Part shown: in pieces, positions 8,791 to 18,110 of the stretch
Layout: each line of letters opens with the position of its first letter
Numbering within the stretch: the first letter of the stretch is position 1
Origin: Fibrobacter succinogenes subsp. succinogenes S85
Lineage (GTDB): Bacteria; Fibrobacterota; Fibrobacteria; Fibrobacterales; Fibrobacteraceae
Assembly (NCBI RefSeq): GCF_000146505.1
Contig: NC_017448.1
Location: forward strand, 3,510,001 to 3,542,000
Direction of reading: 5' to 3'
DNA: 32,000 nt
The notes under the pieces: model-generated
Database searches by the model: none
The model's input: only the letters and a program-made list of their open reading frames with translations
Told to the model about the DNA's origin: nothing
Made by a program: the position numbers and the translations under genes

Positions 8791-10283
8791 TCCATTCCCA
8801 GACGAACAACCTTACGTTCTTGGATAACATGGATGTAAAGGTGACGTTCTTTGTTTGCACGGGAACGATGGATTTTTCGACCAATTCGCAACCGCACTTG
8901 AATTATGCCAAGAAAGGCCACGAAATCGGGAACCACACGGTCAACCACAAAAATTTGACGCAGGGTGCGGATCTCAATTCAGAAATTGGCGGTGCTGCCA
9001 CAAAGCTCCGTAGCATGGGGCTAGAAGCGACTTCCTTGGCGACGCCTTATTGCGCCCAGAACGCGACCGTTAAGAATGCGATTAACCAGGAACATTTCAT
9101 CAATCGCGGGTGCGGTGGTGGCGGCCTTACGGGCTGGGATAACGAACCGGACTGGATGCAGATTGATTCGCACTACTGGCAGGCAAGTAGCAATGTCGCG
9201 AGTTTCAAGAGTAGCCTCGATCAGGCGGCGAGTGGCAAGTGGCACGTGCAGCTGAATCACGGTGTTGCGGGCAACTGGGATGTGATTTCGACGGCGGACA
9301 TCAAGACGCTGATTGAATATGCGGTTAGCAAGAATTTGTGGGTCGCGACGTTTTCTACGGTGGGCGCTTACTTGCGCGCTCATTTCACGATTGATAAGGC
9401 GACTGCGACAAATACGGCGAACGGATTTACGGTCAAGTGGACATCTCCGCATGCGCATATGCCAAAGAGCGTGCCGCTTCGCGTAAAGATTCAGGGAGCT
9501 CAGGGCAAGACTGTAAGCCAGAAGGGCAAAGAGGTCAAGCCGAATTCCGATGGTACTTACACGATTGAATTCATGGCGCTTGAACTTGAAGTTTCTGGCG
9601 AACCGATTGAAGTCAAACCATTCAAGGGCGCAATTGAAATTCCGGGAACTGTTGAAGCCGAAAACTACGATACTTACGCTTACAGCGATGCCGACGGCAA
9701 GAGTGACGAAACAGGTTACCGCAGCGATGATGCCGGCATTGTCAAGGGTGGCTCTGGCTATGCGCTCGGCTACACGAGTGCTGACGATTATTTCGAATAC
9801 ACGCTCGATGTGAAAAAGGCGGGTAAGTACAAAGTAGTCATCAATGGCGCTACGGGTAATTCTACAGCGTCTTCCGTGACTGTTTCTGTAGGTGATAAAA
9901 AGATTGAAACGGAAATCCCGTCAAAGGGCGATTGGAATACGTATTCCGAAGTGGAAGCGGGCGAGTTGGAACTTGCAGCAGGCAAGCGAACGCTCCGCCT
10001 TACAATCAATACAAACTATATAAATATCGACTGGATTAAGTTCGTGGATGAATCGGGGACAACGAATATCGCGCGAAAAATTGCGTTTGAACATGGCCCT
10101 GCGATGGTGCGTTACCAGGTGTTTGATTTGAATGGCCAACTAATCAAGTCTGCGAATGTAATGGCGGGTTCTGTAAGCGAAGCCTGGAATCTTGTAAAAA
10201 CAGGTCTCCGAAAAGGCGCTTACGTCATGCGTTACAGCGAGGCTGGGCAAGGCTCGCACGTCGTGAAAGTCCGTTTGCAATAG
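8664..10283 (+). CDS. Secreted CE4 polysaccharide deacetylase/esterase with a CBM6 module and a beta-rich C-terminal sorting-type tail
   Basis: A signal peptide is present. CE4 motifs are TFTFDDG and GHEIGNHTVNH. The CBM6-like module reads IEIPGTVEAENYD...GYALGYTSADDYFEYTLDVKKAGKYKV...GDWNTYSEVEAGELELAAGKRTLRL...NIDWIKF. The final ~60 aa (RYQVFDLNGQLIK...GAYVMRY...VVKVRLQ) resemble a T9SS type-A CTD. Confidence 0.85.
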   Translation: MECFKTSLCAAFSLAVSTFAGPITTVPWNGHPGAATFTFDDGLHSQTNNLTFLDNMDVKVTFFVCTGTMDFSTNSQPHLNYAKKGHEIGNHTVNHKNLTQGADLNSEIGGAATKLRSMGLEATSLATPYCAQNATVKNAINQEHFINRGCGGGGLTGWDNEPDWMQIDSHYWQASSNVASFKSSLDQAASGKWHVQLNHGVAGNWDVISTADIKTLIEYAVSKNLWVATFSTVGAYLRAHFTIDKATATNTANGFTVKWTSPHAHMPKSVPLRVKIQGAQGKTVSQKGKEVKPNSDGTYTIEFMALELEVSGEPIEVKPFKGAIEIPGTVEAENYDTYAYSDADGKSDETGYRSDDAGIVKGGSGYALGYTSADDYFEYTLDVKKAGKYKVVINGATGNSTASSVTVSVGDKKIETEIPSKGDWNTYSEVEAGELELAAGKRTLRLTINTNYINIDWIKFVDESGTTNIARKIAFEHGPAMVRYQVFDLNGQLIKSANVMAGSVSEAWNLVKTGLRKGAYVMRYSEAGQGSHVVKVRLQ

Positions 10284-10294
10284 TCTAAGGCTAT

Positions 10295-10336
10295 TAACTA
10301 ACAACTAATAACTAATGACAAATAACCAATGATAAA
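10295..10336. repeat. A-rich 7-nt periodic array (TAACTAA CAACTAA TAACTAA TGACAAA TAACCAA TGATAAA)
   Basis: Read directly, 12 nt after the CE4 stop codon. Confidence 0.7.
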
Positions 10337-10337
10337 T

Positions 10338-10360
10338 AGCTCTCGCTCCCGAGGGCTTTT
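10338..10360 (+). terminator. Weak hairpin/terminator after the CE4 gene
   Basis: AGCTCTCG / CTCC / CGAGGGCT (8 bp with one G-T), then TTT. Two further perfect hairpins follow: GACGCC-TAT-GGCGTC at 10361-10375 and CGGCAAAC-AA-GTTTGCCG at about 10396-10413. Confidence 0.35.
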
Positions 10361-10451
10361 GACGCCTATGGCGTCCGCCGCTACGCTCGGTCATATCGGC
10401 AAACAAGTTTGCCGCTGCGACACTCGCTTGTGGGCTGTTTTTATTACAAAA

Positions 10452-10495
10452 CTTTCGTCTTTCGTCTTTCGTCTTTCGTCTAAAAACTATCTTTG
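10452..10495 (+). promoter_or_regulatory. CTTTCGT x4 heptamer array + CTAAAAA + TATCTTTG box
   Basis: CTTTCGT repeats exactly four times (10452-10479), then CTAAAAA (10480-10486). TATCTTTG (10488-10495) fits TAnnTTTG. A GAGG SD and the ATG at 10516 follow. Confidence 0.45.
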
Positions 10496-10515
10496 TTTCA
10501 TAAACACGAGGTTTT

Positions 10516-11214
10516 ATGCAGTCCTGGACCGAAATCAAGAATATTGAAAACCCCACAGAAGAACAGCAGCTTGAAGCGATTAAGCTGAACTGGTATGCCA
10601 TCAGTCTTATCCAGAACCCGACTGAAACAGTGCAAAAGGCTGCATTTGAAAAAAATGAGCAGGCCATACTTTACGTGAAATGTGGTCCGTGCGAAGCTTT
10701 AAAGCAGGCGCTGAATGCCATGGACGAGACCAAGTTCCTTGCCGCATTCAAGGCTGAACCGAACTTGCTCAAGTTTATCACGAACCCGGCCCTTCTCAAG
10801 GTTGCCGTGTCGCAGGATTGGCGCATCGTCCGTAAGATTGAAGGTGCCTCCGATGAACTTTGGGCTGAGGCCGTTCGTCAGAGCCCGGACGCATTGAATT
10901 TTGTACACAATGCGGGTGAAAAAGTGCTCGTCGCCGCTGTGGAACGCGATTGGAAGTATATCCAGGAAATTGAAATTCCGACGGCTGCTGTTGTTGTGGC
11001 TGCAGTCAAGCAGGACTACCATGCATTTGAATACGTGAGCATCCGACGCCGTACTGAACCGGTGCAGCTCGCCGCCGTCCGCACGGACTGGCGTTGCATC
11101 CAGTACTTGCAGCGTGCTAGCGAAAAGGTGCAGATGGAAGCGGTCAAGGCTTCTAAGGATGCCCTCAAGCTGATCAAAAATCCGACTCCTGCCGTCAAGG
11201 AATTCTGCGCGTGA
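10516..11214 (+). CDS. Helical repeat protein (DUF4116-like repeats), function unknown
   Basis: 232 aa with no signal peptide. A motif recurs about every 25-30 aa: ...AV(K/R)xDW(R/K)xIQ(Y/E)... (LKVAVSQDWRIVRKIE, LVAAVERDWKYIQEIE, VVAAVKQDYHAFEYV, QLAAVRTDWRCIQYLQ, QMEAVKASKDALKLIK). The family name is a recollection, not a search result. Confidence 0.55.
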   Translation: MQSWTEIKNIENPTEEQQLEAIKLNWYAISLIQNPTETVQKAAFEKNEQAILYVKCGPCEALKQALNAMDETKFLAAFKAEPNLLKFITNPALLKVAVSQDWRIVRKIEGASDELWAEAVRQSPDALNFVHNAGEKVLVAAVERDWKYIQEIEIPTAAVVVAAVKQDYHAFEYVSIRRRTEPVQLAAVRTDWRCIQYLQRASEKVQMEAVKASKDALKLIKNPTPAVKEFCA

Positions 11215-12038
11215 TTGAACTTGATTCGGTAACATTCCGTTATCCGAAATCTACGGCAGATGCTCTGTCTAATATTTCTCTCAATATCCCGCAAGGGAGC
11301 TTTTTTGCGCTGATAGGCCCGAATGGCGCTGGCAAGACGACTTTGTTGCGCTTGCTTTGCGGGCGTCTGGGCGCATTCAAAGGCTCTGTCAAAATTGATG
11401 AGTCCCTGCGCAATTCTGCGGGATTCCTGAATGCCGAAAAGTACGGTGTGCTGCTCGAAAATCCGGGCGTTTATCCGAAACTTTCCATCAAGGAATACCT
11501 TCAGTATTTTACGGGCTTTTATGGCTTTGACGTTGAGAATTGGCGCGAAAACGGTGCCATGTTGGAACGTTGCAAGTCTTTTGCTGGACGCCTCAAGTTG
11601 CCACCCCTTGATAAGCGCTTAGAAACGCTTTCTCTCGGAAACCGCCAAAAGGTGCAGATTGTCCGTGCGCTTTTGCATAGCCCGAAGCTTTTGATTCTTG
11701 ACGAGCCTGTTGCAAATCTAGACCCGATTTCAAGAGATACGGTTTGGCAACTGCTTGATGAATGGCGCAAAGAAGAAAACGGAACGGCGATTGTCTGTTC
11801 GCATGTGCTTGCTGAAATGGACCAGTGGGCGACTGATTATGCCATTATTGATGGCGGTCGGGTATTGAAAAGTGGGCGAGTCGCTGATGTCGGTGCCGAC
11901 AGCACTTCATTTAAGATAAACGCTGCCGGTGTATCGCTTGAACAAATCCGCGCTGCTCTTGATGCTGCTGGCTTCTCCGCAGACGTTAATCTTGAACACA
12001 CAAGCCTTTCAAAGCTTTATCGTTCAATTATTCAGTAA
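11211..12038 (+). CDS. ABC transporter ATP-binding protein (single NBD); no permease gene adjacent
   Basis: Walker A GPNGAGKTT, signature LSLGNRQK, Walker B LLILDEP, H-loop CSHVL. The GTG start overlaps the upstream stop (GTGA), with an AAGGA SD inside the upstream gene. Confidence 0.9.
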   Translation: MIELDSVTFRYPKSTADALSNISLNIPQGSFFALIGPNGAGKTTLLRLLCGRLGAFKGSVKIDESLRNSAGFLNAEKYGVLLENPGVYPKLSIKEYLQYFTGFYGFDVENWRENGAMLERCKSFAGRLKLPPLDKRLETLSLGNRQKVQIVRALLHSPKLLILDEPVANLDPISRDTVWQLLDEWRKEENGTAIVCSHVLAEMDQWATDYAIIDGGRVLKSGRVADVGADSTSFKINAAGVSLEQIRAALDAAGFSADVNLEHTSLSKLYRSIIQ

Positions 12039-12082
12039 ATTCCTAATTTCGGCGGTCTTCTATCAGCTGCTGCGCAGCCATT

Positions 12083-14011
12083 TTAGAATGCCTGCGACAA
12101 GTCAAACGCGAAACGTCCCCATTTGAACTTGGTGGAGTTCTTCTTGTTTTCGTCCAAACTTGTTACTCCTGTAATAATGGCGTAGTCAAGACGGAACGTC
12201 AGGAACTGCCAATGGTAACGGATTCCAAGGCCTATGCTTCCTTCCTGGGCGTCTTTGTATGTATTGTCCTTGACATCCATAACTCTAGCCCAGTCAAAGA
12301 ACTGCACGATTTGCCATGCTCTTAGCGATTTCCACGGGAATGTCCAACGGAGTTCTTCGTTGATTCGAAAATACATCGGGGTGAGCGCGGTATGGATGTT
12401 GTCCTTCACGACAGAGGAATCTTTGCCTGTTTCTTTATTTGTGACTGTCGTTGTGTCGCTAGTCGTGTAGCTTGCAAAAATGCTCCGGAAACGGTAGCCG
12501 CGTACAGAACGTGAGCCACCCTGGTAAAATACGCGAGCATCGTCTTCAATGGCTGTATTGAAAAATCTGCCGACGCTTCCGCTCAATGCTCCATAGAATG
12601 TCCAGAATAAAGGCATGTAGATGTTTGCTGTAGCTTCACCATAAGTATAAATATGGCCATCTTCAAAGTTGGATTTATTGCTAAAGTTTGTTCCAAGTCC
12701 GACCGTCGGGGAGAGGCGCAAGCCCTTTTGCGGGTTGAAGTAGTCGTCGGTGAAATCAAACGCTAATGCAATTTCGCCTTTGAGCTTGAAAAGCTTGTCT
12801 TCGTTCTTGTTCACGTATCGTGTATCAATCGTGCCTCGGAATTTGATGTGGTCCGTAATGCCGAAGGTCAAGTCACCACGGTTGATTATTTCGTATCGCT
12901 CTTCAACGCTGTCGGGGTAGGCGGGCGGATTTATTTTTTCGTGGTTGAATGAGAGACGGTCCACAAAGCGGATGGCTGTCGGGATGAACGTGAAGGCGGT
13001 TCCGAAGAAAAGCGGGTTCGCGTAACCGAGCGTGATTTCCTGCTTGTTCTGTGCAATTTGCACGCTTGTCGAAAATTCATGGAATTTTCCAAAGAAGTTC
13101 TTGTGGTCGGCGTAAGCCATCGCTCCAAAACCATAAATTTCTTCAAAGAAAAATCCGTAGCGGGCTTCACCTGGCACGCGTTCAATCACGTCCAAATGAA
13201 CGTCCGAAAGCCCGTCTTCGCGCAGTTCGTCGTTTAGCTTGACTTGCGTAAAGAGCTGGGTTGAATAGAGCTTGCTTTTAAAGTTGAAATACTGGTTACC
13301 GTCAATGATTTCACCTTTGGGGATTCTCCAAAGCGATGAGAGCCATGCCGTGTCCGAAAGCCCTTGTTCTGGAACCGCCTTTCGTTCGTTCTTGTTGACG
13401 GCGCGCTGTGTTGTGGTGATCATGTTTCCCATCAAAACTTTTGGGCCTGGGCGCACATTGATAATGACGTTGACTTGCTTTGCCGTTGTATCGACATGCT
13501 CTTCGGATGAAATATAAACGTGCAAGTTACCTTGCTTGCGGTACGCTTTCTGGATTTCCTGAAGGTCTTCGGAAATATCTTCTTGATTGTAGTTCTGGTG
13601 CTTTGAAATTTTCAGCGTCTGTAGGTCAATAGGAATTTCGGCATCGCCTTCAGAAATGATTTGCGCATTGTTGAACTTGTAGCATTCCCCTTCGCTGACC
13701 GTAAAATGATAGTTGCGCTGTTGGCTTCCGTTTGAAAGCTCTTCTCGTACAATGTCCATTTTTAGGTCAAGGCTATAGTAACCGCGGGAGTAGTAGAGCG
13801 CACGCACGTTTTCGGATGAAAGTCGCATCAAGAAGTCTTGTTTGATTGTATCCAGCTGGGCAAATTCTTCGGGAATGTCGAGCTGTTCATTCAGCTGGAA
13901 TTTTGAGAAGACCTTATTGCCCGTGATGATGACAGACCATGGATTTTTTTCTCCGCTGTCGGCAAACGAAATGGCCGAAAAAAACAATAATGCACAAATC
14001 AGTAAAATCAT
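12083..14011 (-). CDS. tamA: Omp85-family outer-membrane protein (TamA/BamA-like: POTRA repeats plus beta-barrel)
   Basis: There is a signal peptide (MILLICALLFFSAISFA). POTRA-like segments occur (ITGNKVFSKFQLNEQL...YYSRGYYSLDL). The C-terminal half is long with alternating aromatic residues and ends ...RFAFDLSQAF (terminal Phe, the OMP signature). It is coupled by a 4-nt overlap to the TamB-like gene. Confidence 0.7.
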   Translation of the reverse strand: MILLICALLFFSAISFADSGEKNPWSVIITGNKVFSKFQLNEQLDIPEEFAQLDTIKQDFLMRLSSENVRALYYSRGYYSLDLKMDIVREELSNGSQQRNYHFTVSEGECYKFNNAQIISEGDAEIPIDLQTLKISKHQNYNQEDISEDLQEIQKAYRKQGNLHVYISSEEHVDTTAKQVNVIINVRPGPKVLMGNMITTTQRAVNKNERKAVPEQGLSDTAWLSSLWRIPKGEIIDGNQYFNFKSKLYSTQLFTQVKLNDELREDGLSDVHLDVIERVPGEARYGFFFEEIYGFGAMAYADHKNFFGKFHEFSTSVQIAQNKQEITLGYANPLFFGTAFTFIPTAIRFVDRLSFNHEKINPPAYPDSVEERYEIINRGDLTFGITDHIKFRGTIDTRYVNKNEDKLFKLKGEIALAFDFTDDYFNPQKGLRLSPTVGLGTNFSNKSNFEDGHIYTYGEATANIYMPLFWTFYGALSGSVGRFFNTAIEDDARVFYQGGSRSVRGYRFRSIFASYTTSDTTTVTNKETGKDSSVVKDNIHTALTPMYFRINEELRWTFPWKSLRAWQIVQFFDWARVMDVKDNTYKDAQEGSIGLGIRYHWQFLTFRLDYAIITGVTSLDENKKNSTKFKWGRFAFDLSQAF

Positions 14012-17000
14012 TTTGCTTTCTCCGTAGACGTGCTGTCGGCGGGTGTCTTGCTTGTCGATACAGAATCGGCGGGGCTGTTTGCAGAAGGATCGTTGGGCTG
14101 TCGCATGGCTCTAGGTGGGCGGACTGTTTCGCAGTGGCCGATGCCTAAAATGCAGGGATTCCAGAATTTATACGAGTAGTTGATACCGATATTTTTCTCT
14201 ATGCGGTTTTCATTGTCGTTTGTCGCTGTATTGGACTGGTATTGCTTTGCAATCAGGAGGCCGTTAAGAGATAGCGATGGTGAAAGATGGTTCTTGTGTG
14301 AATATTCCTTATCCTTGAATACCGGCAACATGTAGGTGGCACCGAACTGTAGCGACTGGTCGTAAGTCGGGCTCTGGCTCTGGTCCTGCGTGTAGCCGAA
14401 AATAAGGCTTAAGTTCTTGACCCAGCGATCCAGTGAAATCGGGACCTTGACGTAAGAGGAATCTTTTTCATTGCTGGAGCCGTTGTCAAACAACATAACT
14501 TTCATGTCAATATCGCCGATGTAATCACCGCCCAAAGTCTTGTTTGCTGTAGAAGAAATGACTTTGCCGATAGCTTTGCCGGCAAGCTTGTTCCAGTCTG
14601 CTGTAACGCCGTCTTCGGTAGCAACGCATCCGAGGAAGATGTTGCGGTAGGTATCAGCTGCGGTCGATTCCGTTCCGCAGTTGGAGCTGGGGATAGGCTG
14701 TGGGTTCGTGATTGTTCCTTGAATATCAAAGTTGATGGGGCAAGTGTCTTTATCCTTGTCGTCTTGCTCCGTACAATAGGGGAGTTCCTGCGAACTGGAC
14801 ACATCGATAATGCCATGCTGCCACGGAACGTCGTTCCAGGAAATGTTGAACGCGTTGAGGTCAAACTCATAGAGTGTCTTCACGCCGATGAATCCATTGT
14901 CCGCGTTGGTCACATCGCCACGCAAGATAGGTCTGTTGGTTGTACCGAGAACCCAGATGTCGAGCGTGAGCGGAAATGCTGCAAAAGGCGTGATGATTTC
15001 GACGGAATCTTTCTGGGAATCGCTGATGTGGAATGCCAGGTCGATTGGGCTCGAAACAGAAATCTTGGCTTCGGTCTTTTCTTTGCTGCGGAGGTTTGCA
15101 ATGGCGTTGTTGAACAACGTCAAAATCTTGTCAAGCGAGCTTGGGGTGATTTCAATATCCAAGTCCTTGCGGTAGACGAGCTTGTCGATGATGAAGTTGC
15201 CGCTCACGCTCTTGTTCTTGATTTGCCTGTCCTTCGTATGCGGAATGTTGAGCGTAATGTCGCTCTTGCCAATCAGGTTTGCGGTACCGAACGTTTCGTC
15301 ATCGAATTTGTACTGGACTAGCGGAATGTTTGCAACGAGGGACATCTGGTCTTCGGAATCTTCCAAGTGACTTGTAACGTTGCGCAGGGTGACGGTGTGG
15401 TTGTCCATTTCAAGCGTGTACTTCTCGGTGCTGATGTCGATTGCTTCGAGTTGCATGGTGTGCAAGTCGTAAAGCAAAGAGGCAAACAGCATGTCACCAA
15501 TTTCGTTCTGCGTAGAAATCTCGTTGATCTCAAGCACGCCTTCTTTTATTTCGCCTCTGACGTGGATGGGGAAGGCGTTCGGGAGTGTTCCGTAACGGAC
15601 AATGGTCGAGTCCGAAGTGAGTTTTGCCATAATGCCCGGCAAGCCTTCGCTCAGTTTGGCCTGGAGGTCGATTTTGAGGTCTGTCTTCTCGATTTCGGCG
15701 CGGGTTTCCGGGATGAGCCATGTGCCACCAAGCTTGATGGTACCGAACAAGTCAAGGTCGTTATTGAGCGTGCAGTTGCCGATGATGTGGCCACCGTTTG
15801 GGCTCTCGTAGGTGAGATGGACTTGTCTGTTCGGATCAAAAATATCATCGACGACAACGTTCGTGTTGCCGGTCCAGACTCCATTAGAAATTTCAAAATT
15901 GGTCAGGAGTTCAATCTTGTTCTTGTTGGCCGATAGGTTCATCTGCCGGATCTTGAGAACTTCGGGCGGAATGTTGTTGAAATTCAGGTCCTTGAAATCG
16001 AAGCTACCTAGCATGCCGGTTTCTTCGTTGAATGCGATTTCACCGTTGAAGCTACCCGAGGCAAGCGTCGTATCGCCAAGCGGTTCCAGTAGAATCGGCA
16101 AGTTGAAGTCCTCTGCCGAAGCCCAGGCGTGTAGCACCTGGATGGGGAGCATGGCGGTCGGTTTAAAGTCCGGGTTCGAATCGTTGGGCAGTACAAAGGT
16201 GCCTTCCATGGCGACCTTGTTGCTGTTTTGCGTAACGACAGCCGTATCGACTATGATGGTGTCGCCGTATTCGCGAATCTTGGTGTGTCCGTGGAGGATG
16301 AACGGTTCTACGTTTCCGTCGATGTCCAGTTCCGCTTCGCCAACTCTTGAATCAAGATTGTAATCTATGGTACCTGAGACTGTGCCTTTCAGTTTGTCGT
16401 TCAAGACAATGTCCGAGAACGGAATGGTCGAAATCTCGGCATGGTCCGCCTGCGCCCAGACGAGAAGCGAATCGCCTACGTGTACGATTGTTTCTGCTGA
16501 ACCGCCGTTCTTTTGCTTCAAGCGCCAGGAGGTGTGGAGCGTCGGTTCGTGATAGTCAACATCGCCAGAAATGCTGAACTCTTCGTCGGGGGTGTAAATG
16601 GTCGCCTTCGGAAAATCAATGTATTTGCGGCCGAGGTCGAGCACTAGCTGCATTCGGAGCGAGTCTGCCTTGAAATGGTACGCGTTGATGATGGAGTCTA
16701 TCTTGACGTAGGCTCGCAACTTGTTGTTCTGGAATGATCCTATGATTTTGGGATTCTTCCCGATTTCGACATTGCCCCTGACCCAGTCTAGCGCCCACGG
16801 TTCCATGGCCGAAAGGTTTGCCGCGAAGAACACCTTGAGGCTGTCCTTCGTCTTGACGTGAGCCCTGACGACTGAGCCTTCGCGCGTTTCAATAGAAGCG
16901 TCGATATCGCTACCCGTTTTGGTGATGGATTGGATATCCATGTCCATCGGCATCATCTGCGGGCCGTACATGGCACTCATGTTGGCGATTTCACCCGAGA

Positions 17001-17979
17001 AATCAAAGTCCAACTTGTCGTTGAATACGCCGTCGAGGTTGATATGCCCGCCTTCGTTGTTGCGGAACACGGACTCGATGTTGGTCTGCTTGGGCGAGCC
17101 GTAGACCTTTATGATGGCATCGAGCGGTAAGAACGGCCAATACTCGCCAATATGGGTCTTGAGCGTAAAGTTGTACTGGAACGTTTTTTTGGTAAGCGAT
17201 GTCGAAACGTTGCCGCTGAAATTCAGGTTGCTTACCGCAGGGATTGCACTCGAAAGCTTCATGGGGACCCACTTGAGCGGATCCTTGACGCTTACGTTTG
17301 TCGACGCCTTCAGCTGGGTGAGGTCGTTTTTGGGGGCGGATGCGTTGAGGGCGATGTTGTCGTTACGAGTCTTGATATTGGCGTTGACGACGAGGCTCTT
17401 TTCTGAGAAGTCCGCGTCTAGCTGTATTGATGCCGTATCCTTGACGAAACTGCCTTTGATATTGTCGGCGCTAAGGGCAACCTGTTTTTGTCCAGTATTG
17501 TGGAGGCGGATATTTTGTGCTTTCCAGCCCATGTCGCCCATGGTAAAGTCCAGTTTCCCCAAGCTGACCTTTACGGGGAACGGAATTCTGACTTTTTCGG
17601 GGAACTCAATTGCTTCAAGAGCTTTTGCGGTGTCTTTTGCCACGGCCTTTGTGGCTGTATCCGGAACGAAATTTGCAGAAACTTCACCGACATCGAGGAC
17701 GATTCCCCTGTTTTCGCCAAGGATCGTTATGTCCAGGTGCGGGTTCCTGACCATGTAGGTAGATTGCCCTTGTTCCACCTTGATGGAATCGTAAAACTGG
17801 TCCAGAAGGTTGTTCTGACGGTGTCCGTAAGGAGTGATGGTGACATTACCAAACGTGTGCGGACTGGATAGAAGATTTTCTACGGCAAAATGAACATACC
17901 AGACACCGACAGCCACGGCGCCCACGACAGCCGTCGCAACGGCTGCTTTTATGGCGAATATTGATAGAATACTCTTCAA
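14008..17979 (-). CDS. tamB: TamB/AsmA-like giant envelope-spanning protein (translocation and assembly module subunit)
   Basis: 1323 aa with a single N-terminal TM anchor (AIKAAVATAVVGAVAVGVWYV) and beta-rich composition throughout. It overlaps the Omp85 gene by ATGA. The start is TTG with an AGGAG SD only 3 nt upstream, so the exact start is uncertain. Confidence 0.65.
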   Translation of the reverse strand: MKSILSIFAIKAAVATAVVGAVAVGVWYVHFAVENLLSSPHTFGNVTITPYGHRQNNLLDQFYDSIKVEQGQSTYMVRNPHLDITILGENRGIVLDVGEVSANFVPDTATKAVAKDTAKALEAIEFPEKVRIPFPVKVSLGKLDFTMGDMGWKAQNIRLHNTGQKQVALSADNIKGSFVKDTASIQLDADFSEKSLVVNANIKTRNDNIALNASAPKNDLTQLKASTNVSVKDPLKWVPMKLSSAIPAVSNLNFSGNVSTSLTKKTFQYNFTLKTHIGEYWPFLPLDAIIKVYGSPKQTNIESVFRNNEGGHINLDGVFNDKLDFDFSGEIANMSAMYGPQMMPMDMDIQSITKTGSDIDASIETREGSVVRAHVKTKDSLKVFFAANLSAMEPWALDWVRGNVEIGKNPKIIGSFQNNKLRAYVKIDSIINAYHFKADSLRMQLVLDLGRKYIDFPKATIYTPDEEFSISGDVDYHEPTLHTSWRLKQKNGGSAETIVHVGDSLLVWAQADHAEISTIPFSDIVLNDKLKGTVSGTIDYNLDSRVGEAELDIDGNVEPFILHGHTKIREYGDTIIVDTAVVTQNSNKVAMEGTFVLPNDSNPDFKPTAMLPIQVLHAWASAEDFNLPILLEPLGDTTLASGSFNGEIAFNEETGMLGSFDFKDLNFNNIPPEVLKIRQMNLSANKNKIELLTNFEISNGVWTGNTNVVVDDIFDPNRQVHLTYESPNGGHIIGNCTLNNDLDLFGTIKLGGTWLIPETRAEIEKTDLKIDLQAKLSEGLPGIMAKLTSDSTIVRYGTLPNAFPIHVRGEIKEGVLEINEISTQNEIGDMLFASLLYDLHTMQLEAIDISTEKYTLEMDNHTVTLRNVTSHLEDSEDQMSLVANIPLVQYKFDDETFGTANLIGKSDITLNIPHTKDRQIKNKSVSGNFIIDKLVYRKDLDIEITPSSLDKILTLFNNAIANLRSKEKTEAKISVSSPIDLAFHISDSQKDSVEIITPFAAFPLTLDIWVLGTTNRPILRGDVTNADNGFIGVKTLYEFDLNAFNISWNDVPWQHGIIDVSSSQELPYCTEQDDKDKDTCPINFDIQGTITNPQPIPSSNCGTESTAADTYRNIFLGCVATEDGVTADWNKLAGKAIGKVISSTANKTLGGDYIGDIDMKVMLFDNGSSNEKDSSYVKVPISLDRWVKNLSLIFGYTQDQSQSPTYDQSLQFGATYMLPVFKDKEYSHKNHLSPSLSLNGLLIAKQYQSNTATNDNENRIEKNIGINYSYKFWNPCILGIGHCETVRPPRAMRQPNDPSANSPADSVSTSKTPADSTSTEKAK

Positions 17980-18110
17980 GCGCTCCTAATATAGATAATG
18001 TTGGTATTTGTAAAATGAATGCTTACGCGGAACTTACGCCTGAAAGTACATAGAACTGTAAATTATTATTTATTTAGAATAAAGTAATTGCGCGCGACGC
18101 CAAAGTTCTT

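Noticed and set aside
12062-12082. Small palindrome GCTGC-TGC-GCAGC between the convergent ABC and Omp85 genes as a terminator
   Set aside because: The stem is only 5 bp and the T-run is weak. It is possibly functional but not supportable from sequence alone.
14719-17871. Numerous 60-215-aa ORFs on the plus strand inside the TamB-like gene
   Set aside because: All are antisense to one continuous 1323-codon ORF and have no independent start signals.
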